DNA of 39,783 bases, taken from a virus. Lineage: Duplodnaviria > Caudoviricetes. The notes below the pieces were generated by a model. That model did not search any database and was not told the DNA's origin. It was given only the letters and a program-made list of their open reading frames with translations. Below, piece by piece: positions 23,276-31,465 of the stretch; position 1 is the stretch's first letter, and each line of letters starts with the position of its first letter. The DNA is taken from IMG/VR virus record IMGVR_UViG_3300025575_000008, positions 1 to 39,783 of that record; one strand, 5' to 3'. A program made the position numbers and the translations under genes.

Positions 23276-23854
23276 ATGATACCGTTTCCAAATAAAAAAT
23301 ATCAGATAATTTATGCAGATCCGCCTTGGAGTTATGGCAATAGGATGTATTCATCTAACAAGACAGACCACCACCGAGCAATTACAAGGGCATATGATGT
23401 AATGTCAACTAATGATATATGTCACTTACCAGTCAGACAGATTATCCATGACAATTGTGCCTGTTTTATGTGGACAACCGATTCACATTTGCCAGATGCA
23501 TTGGAAGTGATGGAAAACTGGGGATTTAAATATAAAACCATTGCATTTGTATGGAACAAAAAAGAGTTAAGCGGCAAACAGGTATGTTATATGGGGCAGT
23601 GGACTATGAAAGGTAGCGAGATATGTTTGTTCGGTACTAAAGGGAAAATGACACAGTATCTTGTCGCCAGAAATGTCAGACAACTGATTGAAGCAAAACG
23701 TGATAGGACTAAGCATAGTAAAAAGCCGCAAGAGGTAAGAGAAGCAATAGTCAAGATGTTTGGTAGTATTCCTAAAATAGAATTATTTGCAAGGCAGAAA
23801 GTAGAAGGTTGGGATTGTTGGGGAAATGAAGTTAACGTGGAGGTAAATAAATGA
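23276..23854 (+). CDS. MT-A70-family adenine methyltransferase
   Basis: KKYQIIYADPPW, FMWTT, WGFKYKT, HSKKP, IELFAR, WDCWGNE. Confidence 0.93.
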   Translation: MIPFPNKKYQIIYADPPWSYGNRMYSSNKTDHHRAITRAYDVMSTNDICHLPVRQIIHDNCACFMWTTDSHLPDALEVMENWGFKYKTIAFVWNKKELSGKQVCYMGQWTMKGSEICLFGTKGKMTQYLVARNVRQLIEAKRDRTKHSKKPQEVREAIVKMFGSIPKIELFARQKVEGWDCWGNEVNVEVNK

Positions 23855-25572
23855 GTGTAGCAATAGATAGCGGTACAGTATGGGCAGAAATACAACGAGG
23901 GTTAGACTATCAAAATAAGATGGGATTTGCTAAGTCATGGCCAGAGTTCGCAGATTTTACAGAAGGCCGCCAATGGGCAGCACCAACACCAAAGACAAAA
24001 TTTATGCCGAGACCAGTAGTTAATTTTTGCGATAGCACTATTGAGAATAAACAATCAAATATATTGAGCCAGACGTTAAAGCTCATGTTTAGTCCAGAAG
24101 AATTACAGCCTGACACAGATAATGAACCACTTATAAAAGCTGGTCAAGATTACACCGATGCAGCAGCTACCACTTGGGCAGACATAGACCAAGACACCTT
24201 AAACGAAGACTTTGTTAATGATATTTTAGTATTAGGTACAGGAGTGTTTCACTACAGATTCGACAACAGCATAACTGGAGGTCAGTTTACTAAGTATATA
24301 GGCAAAATGCAAGGTGAAACAATAGACCCTATCGACATTATAGTAGGAAATCCTCACTTGAAAGCTTCGCAAACTCAAAAGCAACCTTGGATAGCGATAA
24401 GAAGCCATCCAGACACAAAGGAATTGCAAGAAAAGGCTAAGAAGAATGGCAAGGACCCTACATTAATTGTACCTGACGATAGTAAGAACGATTCAAAGTA
24501 TTCTTCAGAGAAGATTAACATCGAACAGGCAGGCACAACAACATTATGGACTAAATACTACAAAGAAAACGGACAAATAATGTGGATACAAGTAGTTGAG
24601 GGATTAACAGTACAAGACCCTACTCCACTTGCACCAGATGGTGGGAAACCATTCACATTATATCCGGTAGAAATAGGAGTATTTAAGAAACGTAGAAAAT
24701 GCACATTCGGTAGAAGCATGATAGAGGACATTATACCCAATCAGAAAGCTTTAAATTGGGGTTTAGGCATGATGTTACTAAGTGTACAGCAAACAGCATG
24801 GCCAAAGATACTTGCCAAGATGGGAGCATTAGAAGGTCAGACAATAACCAATGAACCTGGGGAGATAATCACAGACCATAACCAAGTTTCCGGATTTGAT
24901 GGTGTTAAATTCATGCAACCGCCTAACTTTTCAAGTATGCCTATAGTACTAGCCGAAAAACTCATGGATATGACTAGACAAGTAACAGGCACAACAGAGG
25001 TTACAAGCGGTGAGGTTATCGGTGCTAATATGGCAGCTTCGGCAATCATTGCATTGCAGAACCAAGCTAAGAAGCCTACGGATGGCAACGTACAAATGTT
25101 GTTACGCTCTCTTAAAAGAGTTGGCAGAATATATGAGGAATTTAATAAGTCTCATGGTACTATGCCGGTACCTATTCAGAGTAAAGATGAACAAGGCAAT
25201 GACATTACAAAGACATTTACCGGAGCAGATAGCAAGGACATTAATTTTGCTTTAAAGATTGATGTTACACCAACAAGCATATTAAGTGAATCTTTACAAA
25301 TGACAGTAGTCAAGGAAATGGCAGACAGACAATGGCTTGATAAATTTGCATTTGTGAAATATAGTCCTTCAAATGTTATCCCGGCTGAAATGAAAGTTGA
25401 CTTTGAAAAAGAAGAAAAGCAAATGCTAGAACTACAGCAAAAACAAGCACAGATGCAACAGCAAGCAGGGAATGTTATAGGACAATTTAACGCAAAAGAT
25501 CAAGCAGCAATAAAAGAAGATCCTGCGATAATTGACAGAGCAATGCAACAAGTGAATGGAGGTGGGCAATAA
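23851..25572 (+). CDS. Portal protein (P22-like)
   Basis: 573 aa after TerL; PVVN, FGRSMIEDIIPNQKALN, AASAIIALQNQA, Gln-rich C-terminal helix. Confidence 0.88.
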   Translation: MSVAIDSGTVWAEIQRGLDYQNKMGFAKSWPEFADFTEGRQWAAPTPKTKFMPRPVVNFCDSTIENKQSNILSQTLKLMFSPEELQPDTDNEPLIKAGQDYTDAAATTWADIDQDTLNEDFVNDILVLGTGVFHYRFDNSITGGQFTKYIGKMQGETIDPIDIIVGNPHLKASQTQKQPWIAIRSHPDTKELQEKAKKNGKDPTLIVPDDSKNDSKYSSEKINIEQAGTTTLWTKYYKENGQIMWIQVVEGLTVQDPTPLAPDGGKPFTLYPVEIGVFKKRRKCTFGRSMIEDIIPNQKALNWGLGMMLLSVQQTAWPKILAKMGALEGQTITNEPGEIITDHNQVSGFDGVKFMQPPNFSSMPIVLAEKLMDMTRQVTGTTEVTSGEVIGANMAASAIIALQNQAKKPTDGNVQMLLRSLKRVGRIYEEFNKSHGTMPVPIQSKDEQGNDITKTFTGADSKDINFALKIDVTPTSILSESLQMTVVKEMADRQWLDKFAFVKYSPSNVIPAEMKVDFEKEEKQMLELQQKQAQMQQQAGNVIGQFNAKDQAAIKEDPAIIDRAMQQVNGGGQ

Positions 25573-25573
25573 A

Positions 25574-25786
25574 ATGCCTAAATATAGTAATGAGAAATTA
25601 TACAATATCTACAAAGAAGATGTTTCGGATGTTATCCAAATTATTCTTTCAAAACTCAATAAGCTTTTTGCTTTAGACGTGGGCTTAACAGACGATGATT
25701 ACGATAATTTCCTTAAATATTGGAACGAAAGAATTGAAAAAGAAGATAAACTGGAGGTAGAAAATGCAATGCCCATACAACCGTAA
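25574..25786 (+). CDS. Hypothetical protein
   Basis: MPKYSNEK..., RBS GGAGGT. Confidence 0.55.
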   Translation: MPKYSNEKLYNIYKEDVSDVIQIILSKLNKLFALDVGLTDDDYDNFLKYWNERIEKEDKLEVENAMPIQP

Positions 25787-25961
25787 ATCAGCAAGGTGGG
25801 TTAAGCAGTATAAAAATAATCTAATCAGTGAAGATACTGGGATTATAAGCAGCCAAGAAGAAATTCTAGTTGAAGAATATTTTCTGATGGATTGTCCAAA
25901 AGAAGAATGTGGTGCATGGCAAAATGATAGATGTAATTATAATCAGGGGGTGAACGGATAA
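25764..25961 (+). CDS. Cys-rich hypothetical protein
   Basis: MQCPY...CPKEECGAWQNDRC. Confidence 0.65.
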   Translation: MQCPYNRKSARWVKQYKNNLISEDTGIISSQEEILVEEYFLMDCPKEECGAWQNDRCNYNQGVNG

Positions 25962-26176
25962 TGAAAGCAGTAAAAGTTAAAATTAGCCCTACATTGTTAT
26001 TACAAGAAATAGGGTTACCAGGTTATTATGATGTAGTAGATGCCAAGTTTGACACCTTTGAACAGACATTAACTCTAATCATTACAGGGTATGACTTACC
26101 AGAAGTAGTAGAAGGTGGAGTAATCCCAGAAGGTCAAATAATTGTTACTAAAATATCTAAAATAGAGGTGGTTTAA
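25961..26176 (+). CDS. Hypothetical protein
   Basis: 71-aa ORF, translationally coupled. Confidence 0.6.
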   Translation: MKAVKVKISPTLLLQEIGLPGYYDVVDAKFDTFEQTLTLIITGYDLPEVVEGGVIPEGQIIVTKISKIEVV

Positions 26177-26353
26177 ATGAATTGCAAAACATGTGGTAAT
26201 CCCTTGCGAGTATTGAGTGGTGGCAACAAAACAACAGAGGGTAGTACAACGATCACAATGGTACATATATGGGGTTGTTTGAATGAAAAGTGTAAAGATA
26301 ATATGAAAGAGCAGCAGAGAACAGAAACTAATCAAGAATCATTTGAGGGTTGA
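26177..26353 (+). CDS. Zn-ribbon microprotein (58 aa)
   Basis: MNCKTCGNPL...WGCLNEKC; RBS GAGGTG. Confidence 0.65.
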   Translation: MNCKTCGNPLRVLSGGNKTTEGSTTITMVHIWGCLNEKCKDNMKEQQRTETNQESFEG

Positions 26354-26542
26354 AAGAGGTGATCCATTCTATCAATCAGCTAATTAGTTAAACATAAATA
26401 ATTTAGTCAATGTTTTAGCTGATAATTTAGCCAATAAAACAAACTTGAAAGGTGGAATTTATATGTAGTAAATATTATGGCTCAAAGATTCATTCAGTTT
26501 GGTATGAGTTAAAAGTAAAACTGATGTAGCTTAACTTATTAT

Positions 26543-26570
26543 AGCGATTATCTAACGGTAGTCGCTTTTT
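26543..26570 (+). terminator. Terminator-like hairpin before the scaffold gene
   Basis: AGCGATTATC-TAAC-GGTAGTCGCT-TTTT. Confidence 0.6.
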
Positions 26571-26642
26571 CTATGCAACAAAGGCTGCAAAACGGTTTAA
26601 TACCGAACCTCGCCTACAAAATTAATCGAAAGGTAAAAACAA

Positions 26643-27380
26643 ATGGCTGATGAAATAGAACAAGTTGCTGCTAATGAAGTCGACCCCGCAACATCGACAG
26701 AAACTACACAGGAGACAACGCAAGAAGTTGCTCAACCTGATGTAAGCACCACAAAAGCTTTTAGTGACAGATTAAAAGAAACTAATAGCAAAGCTATAGA
26801 TGCTGAGTACTCACGCTTATTTGGTGCTGAACACAATATACACACCAAAGCTGAATATGACAAAGCCATAGCAAACCAGCAAGAAGCCGAGGATAATGCA
26901 AAGTTTCAAGAAGATAATGGTTTTGACCCTAACAGTGTTAAACCGTTATTCGAGCAGTGGAAACAAAATGACCCAGACTTCCAAGAACTATCAAGTATCA
27001 GACAACAGAACAAAATTACCGAAGCTTTAACAGACCTTAACAGCGAACTTAAAGACTGCGGTATAGATTTACAGTTAAAGGATTTAAGCGCAGCAGAGGT
27101 AGCAAAGATTCCCAACGCAGACAAGGTAACAGACCTAGTAAGTAAAGGTAAGACACTTAGTGAAGCGGTATTTCTTGCAAACAAAAAGGATTTCTTTGCT
27201 AAACAGACAGCAACAGCACAGCAGGACACGATAAAGAAAATTGCAGCTAATGGACTTAGTTCTCCCGGTTCATTAGGTGGAGGTGGAGATAACAGTGAAA
27301 AAACTGTTTATTCCATGTCTAAAGCCGACTTTGCGAAAATGCAAAATGAGGTTTTGCGAGGGGAGAGAAAACAACTATAA
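26643..27380 (+). CDS. Capsid scaffolding protein
   Basis: Acidic helical protein before the MCP; ends SPGSLGG...VYSMSKADFAKMQNEVLRG. Confidence 0.85.
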   Translation: MADEIEQVAANEVDPATSTETTQETTQEVAQPDVSTTKAFSDRLKETNSKAIDAEYSRLFGAEHNIHTKAEYDKAIANQQEAEDNAKFQEDNGFDPNSVKPLFEQWKQNDPDFQELSSIRQQNKITEALTDLNSELKDCGIDLQLKDLSAAEVAKIPNADKVTDLVSKGKTLSEAVFLANKKDFFAKQTATAQQDTIKKIAANGLSSPGSLGGGGDNSEKTVYSMSKADFAKMQNEVLRGERKQL

Positions 27381-27393
27381 AAGGAGATAATAA

Positions 27394-28356
27394 ATGGCAG
27401 CTAAATTACAAACCTATACAACCCCTAGTGATGGGACTAATAACAGACTAGTGGCAGAAAATGCAGAGTTCTATCAAAGAACATTGCTTGAAAGATTGCA
27501 AGATGCTTTATTCTTCATGAAATATGGCAAAAAGACTACTATCCCAAGACACGCAGGAGCAACAACTTCATGGAGAAGATTGCAAATGCCAGCAGTAACA
27601 ACTACAGCTATTGTCGAAGGTGTAACACCTACAGGAATTGATTTGACTATTGACAAAGTGTCTGCAACTGTTCAACAGTTCGGTACATACACCAAGTTGA
27701 CAGATTTTATCGACCTTGTTGGGTTAGACCCTTTACTTACAGAAGTCTCAGGCATGTTTGGCGATCATGCAGGCATGACAATGGATATTATCGTAAGAGA
27801 TATTATTGTTGCAGGAACTAACGGACAGTTCGCAGGAGCAAAAGCTTCCAGAGCGTTACTTGTAGCAGGAGATAAAATTTCCGCAGCAGAGATCCAAAAA
27901 GCCAGAGCAACAATGGTTAAAAACAATGTTAAGAAAATCAAATTGCCTAATGGCAACATGGGTTATTTAGCATTTGTTCATCCTGATACAGTTACACAGA
28001 TAATGAATTTAACTGAGTGGGCAGCACAAAACACTTATGTTGATAATTCAAATAGAGAAACCGGAATTGCAGGGCAACTTTACGGTATCTACTTCATGGA
28101 AACAACGACCGCACCAGTATTTGTTAACGGTGGAGCTGGTGGAAACCTTGCAGGAAAATCCATAATCATAATTGGGGCAGATGCTTTTGGAATCCCTGAC
28201 ATCGGTGGTTCAAGCAAACCCGAAATACTTGTTTATACTGAGGGTAATACAGAGAATCCATTAGCTTTATATTCCACAGTTGCTTGGAAAAGTTGCTTTA
28301 CGGCAGCTATTTTACAACCCCTTGCTATAATTAGGTTAGAGGTTTTAGACGTATAA
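27394..28356 (+). CDS. Major capsid protein (N4-gp56-like family)
   Basis: FYQRTLLERL, EGVTP, QQFG, YLAFVHPD, GADAFG, NPLALYSTVAWK. Confidence 0.92.
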   Translation: MAAKLQTYTTPSDGTNNRLVAENAEFYQRTLLERLQDALFFMKYGKKTTIPRHAGATTSWRRLQMPAVTTTAIVEGVTPTGIDLTIDKVSATVQQFGTYTKLTDFIDLVGLDPLLTEVSGMFGDHAGMTMDIIVRDIIVAGTNGQFAGAKASRALLVAGDKISAAEIQKARATMVKNNVKKIKLPNGNMGYLAFVHPDTVTQIMNLTEWAAQNTYVDNSNRETGIAGQLYGIYFMETTTAPVFVNGGAGGNLAGKSIIIIGADAFGIPDIGGSSKPEILVYTEGNTENPLALYSTVAWKSCFTAAILQPLAIIRLEVLDV

Positions 28357-28370
28357 TAAAATAACATTAA

Positions 28371-28399
28371 AAGGGAGGGCAAACGCCTTCCCTTATTTT
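28371..28399 (+). terminator. Terminator after the capsid gene
   Basis: AAGGGAGGGC-AAAC-GCCTTCCCTT-ATTTT. Confidence 0.75.
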
Positions 28400-28413
28400 A
28401 AGGAGGAAACAAA

Positions 28414-28680
28414 ATGAACGTAACAGCGCAAACAAAAAATTGGGGCAAGGTAGACAACGGATTATTTGTAGGTGAAGAAATGGTGCCCTTGATGATACCG
28501 TTAGACAAACAAAACCCTGCAAAAGAAAAATTCCTATGTATAAATGGAAATCAAATTATATTAGGTGTAGGTAAACAACTTAGTGTGCCTCAATCCGTAG
28601 CCGATTTATGGAATAATTCATATATCGGAACAATTGAAGCAGAAGAAAAAATGTCACAGGAAATAGAAATAAAGTCATAG
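28414..28680 (+). CDS. Small putative virion protein
   Basis: 88 aa after the MCP; CINGNQIILGVGKQLSVPQSVAD. Confidence 0.65.
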   Translation: MNVTAQTKNWGKVDNGLFVGEEMVPLMIPLDKQNPAKEKFLCINGNQIILGVGKQLSVPQSVADLWNNSYIGTIEAEEKMSQEIEIKS

Positions 28681-28690
28681 GAGGTAGAAC

Positions 28691-29602
28691 ATGAAAACAA
28701 AGGGCGATTGCCTTAATTTGTTTCTTCGATATTTGGATGAAGCTACGAAAAAAGGCGTAGCACTTCCTATAACAAAGAATGCAGATTATAGAGATAAATT
28801 CTCGTATTTCTTAAATGAGGCTCAAACGTATATTGCTACACTAATTAAAATTCCTGCATTATTCACAGTAACACAGAACCCTATCCCGAACTTATTAGGG
28901 CTATTTCAAGGTTTTGACATGGTTCAATATCTTCCCGGTATGCCTAAAATCTTAACAGCAACGGGGGCAAAGTCTTTTTATCTCGAATTAGACAACGTAG
29001 GAACGGTTTTAATCAAAGTTAATAATGTTTTGGTACAAACTATCGACAACACAATTAAAAGGCAATTTACGGTTTATAAGGCTAACACAGGGGCAACATC
29101 AACCGACATAGTAACAATAGAATTTCAAGGTTTATATCCCTACAATATCAGAAACACCGGATTGTACGGTTATGCGTTCCCAACGGATGAAGATGTACCT
29201 GATTACACAGCATTTCAAACCTACGATATGCCGAGTAACTTTATGAGTTTTGACAATGTAATGCTAAAATCAGACCCAAGAAGTTATGAAGCATATTTAA
29301 ATTATAAGTGGGAAGCTACAAAAAAGATTGTTTTAGGCAATGGCGATAAAGGCTCTTTTGACATACATTACTTTGCATATCCTACAACGATTTTACCAAC
29401 AGATTTAGACACTGTTTTAATGAGTGTAGAAGATAAAGCAATTGATTTAGTAGTATTGCAAGCCGGGATCATGGCAACAGCGGCAGACAATCCAAGTTTG
29501 TCAAGTTGGTTGAGAAGTTTGTATATAGAAAAGGTCCAGAACGTGACACAGAACAGCCAAGTGTCTGACACTGTAGTTCAAACTATTTATTCAATGGTTT
29601 AG
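28691..29602 (+). CDS. Putative head-tail adaptor (podovirus type)
   Basis: Position; helical N-terminus FLNEAQ..IA, IHYFAYPTTI, helical C-terminus. Confidence 0.65.
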   Translation: MKTKGDCLNLFLRYLDEATKKGVALPITKNADYRDKFSYFLNEAQTYIATLIKIPALFTVTQNPIPNLLGLFQGFDMVQYLPGMPKILTATGAKSFYLELDNVGTVLIKVNNVLVQTIDNTIKRQFTVYKANTGATSTDIVTIEFQGLYPYNIRNTGLYGYAFPTDEDVPDYTAFQTYDMPSNFMSFDNVMLKSDPRSYEAYLNYKWEATKKIVLGNGDKGSFDIHYFAYPTTILPTDLDTVLMSVEDKAIDLVVLQAGIMATAADNPSLSSWLRSLYIEKVQNVTQNSQVSDTVVQTIYSMV

Positions 29603-29612
29603 GAGGTGTAAT

Positions 29613-31460
29613 ATGTACATCACTCCAAAAAGTATTCCTGCCCCTAAAAGTCCCAAAATAGACTTTACACCTTCTAATTCACTAGACGGAGGCGTAGATT
29701 GGGCAGGAAAAGAATGGAAAATTAGTGCAAATAAAACAAGTAACGCACTGAATGTCTGGTTTAAAGAGGGAGAAATTGGTAAAAGATTCGGTCAATTATT
29801 CCTCAATGAAACTGAAATTGTTGAATCTCCTATCTTTGCAAGTTTTAAAAGCTTATACAAAGGCAATCTAATAAAACATTGTGGCACAAAGATATACAAA
29901 CAAGATTCCGCAGGAGTTGTAACAGCAATTTATTCCGGTTTAACTGCTATAAAAGGAAGCTTTTTTAAATTCAACTCTAACTTATATTACATTCAAGCAG
30001 GTCATTTTATTGTTTATGATGGTGCAACAGCAATTCCAGTAGTACCATATACACCACTCGTTATAATCAACAGAACACCCACAGGTGATGGCAGTCTAAA
30101 TGAGCAAGGCAACCGCATAGGCGCAGGACTTATTAACTCGTTTAATGGCACAGGAGCGAACGTAGCCTATACCTTAACCGACACTAACTTAGATGCAACA
30201 GCAATAGTAGGTTCTTACGACAGTGGTGTAACGTGGGATAAAATTGAAGGTACACATCTCACAGTAAACAGAGCGACGGGAGTTGTTTCTTGGACATCAG
30301 CACCACCCTCAGGAACAAATAATATAAGGGTTAAATTCTATAAAACTGACCAAGAAGCAATAGATAGTATACTTAAATGTATTTACGCAGTCCCATTTGG
30401 AGGGCAAAACGACAATAGAATGTTTGTAGGAGGAAATGGCACAGGTTATTATTACTGGACAGGAATATCAAGCGTAGGAATTAATGCTACATATTGGCCA
30501 TATAACAATTACAATATTATTGGCAATTCAGACGAAGACATAAAAGGATTTGGCAAGTTTTACGATGTGTTAACCATTCATAAAATCAGTGGTGAGATAT
30601 TCGGTGAAACCTATACATGGGACGGAACAAAAGGAATTTTTAACTCATTCCAAATCAATGAACAGTACGGTTGTGATTGCCCTGGTACTATGCAGAGCAT
30701 CAATAATCAATTGGTGTGGTTAACTACTCGTTATGGTGCTTGTATTCTCGTAGGTACAACTGTAGGAGGGCAAAGAAACGCATTCCCTATTAGCAGAAAC
30801 ATAAATCCAAGATTAATGAAAGAATCAAACCTAACAAGTGCTTCAAGCGTAACTTTTGATGGCAAGTATTGGCTTTGCGTAAACGATAAAGTTTACTTAT
30901 GGGATTACACTATAACACCTTATGTAGACACATTCAATCCAGACAAATCAGCCGAGTTATTGAGTTGGTGGTACTTCGATAACATCAATGCTTATTCATG
31001 GATTACCGATGCCCAAGATTTGTTTTATATCAATAGAACAACAGGCTTAACGGTTAAGTTTCAATCATTATTCTATGATTTCGGGGCAGGCATACATTCG
31101 ATTTACAGAATCCCAATGAGGGATTTTGGCGCAAGTATCTATTTGTTCGATGTTTTAAAGGCTTATGTAGATGTCCGCGGCGATACAAGAACAGCATTTA
31201 AAGTAACTTATTTTACAAGTGACAATACCAGAGGGATAGTCGAGGATGAAGAAATCATAGTAGGCTCATTCAGTCTAGATAACTTCTCTTTAGACAATTT
31301 TACGCTTGACGTAATGGAAGTAAAATATACATTTCCACTTGCACCAAATGAAAAAAATATTGAATTGTTTGGGATAGAGTTTTCTAACGATAGTGAGGGG
31401 AGAGACATGAATATCTCAAACATAGTCATATCATATTTAATTAAAAAACCAAAACGATAA
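29613..31460 (+). CDS. Putative tail nozzle/stabilisation protein (P22 gp10 or T7 tubular-B-like)
   Basis: 615 aa, beta-rich; LDGGVD, NRMFVGG, YGCDCPGT, PISRNI. Confidence 0.7.
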   Translation: MYITPKSIPAPKSPKIDFTPSNSLDGGVDWAGKEWKISANKTSNALNVWFKEGEIGKRFGQLFLNETEIVESPIFASFKSLYKGNLIKHCGTKIYKQDSAGVVTAIYSGLTAIKGSFFKFNSNLYYIQAGHFIVYDGATAIPVVPYTPLVIINRTPTGDGSLNEQGNRIGAGLINSFNGTGANVAYTLTDTNLDATAIVGSYDSGVTWDKIEGTHLTVNRATGVVSWTSAPPSGTNNIRVKFYKTDQEAIDSILKCIYAVPFGGQNDNRMFVGGNGTGYYYWTGISSVGINATYWPYNNYNIIGNSDEDIKGFGKFYDVLTIHKISGEIFGETYTWDGTKGIFNSFQINEQYGCDCPGTMQSINNQLVWLTTRYGACILVGTTVGGQRNAFPISRNINPRLMKESNLTSASSVTFDGKYWLCVNDKVYLWDYTITPYVDTFNPDKSAELLSWWYFDNINAYSWITDAQDLFYINRTTGLTVKFQSLFYDFGAGIHSIYRIPMRDFGASIYLFDVLKAYVDVRGDTRTAFKVTYFTSDNTRGIVEDEEIIVGSFSLDNFSLDNFTLDVMEVKYTFPLAPNEKNIELFGIEFSNDSEGRDMNISNIVISYLIKKPKR

Positions 31461-31465
31461 AGGAT

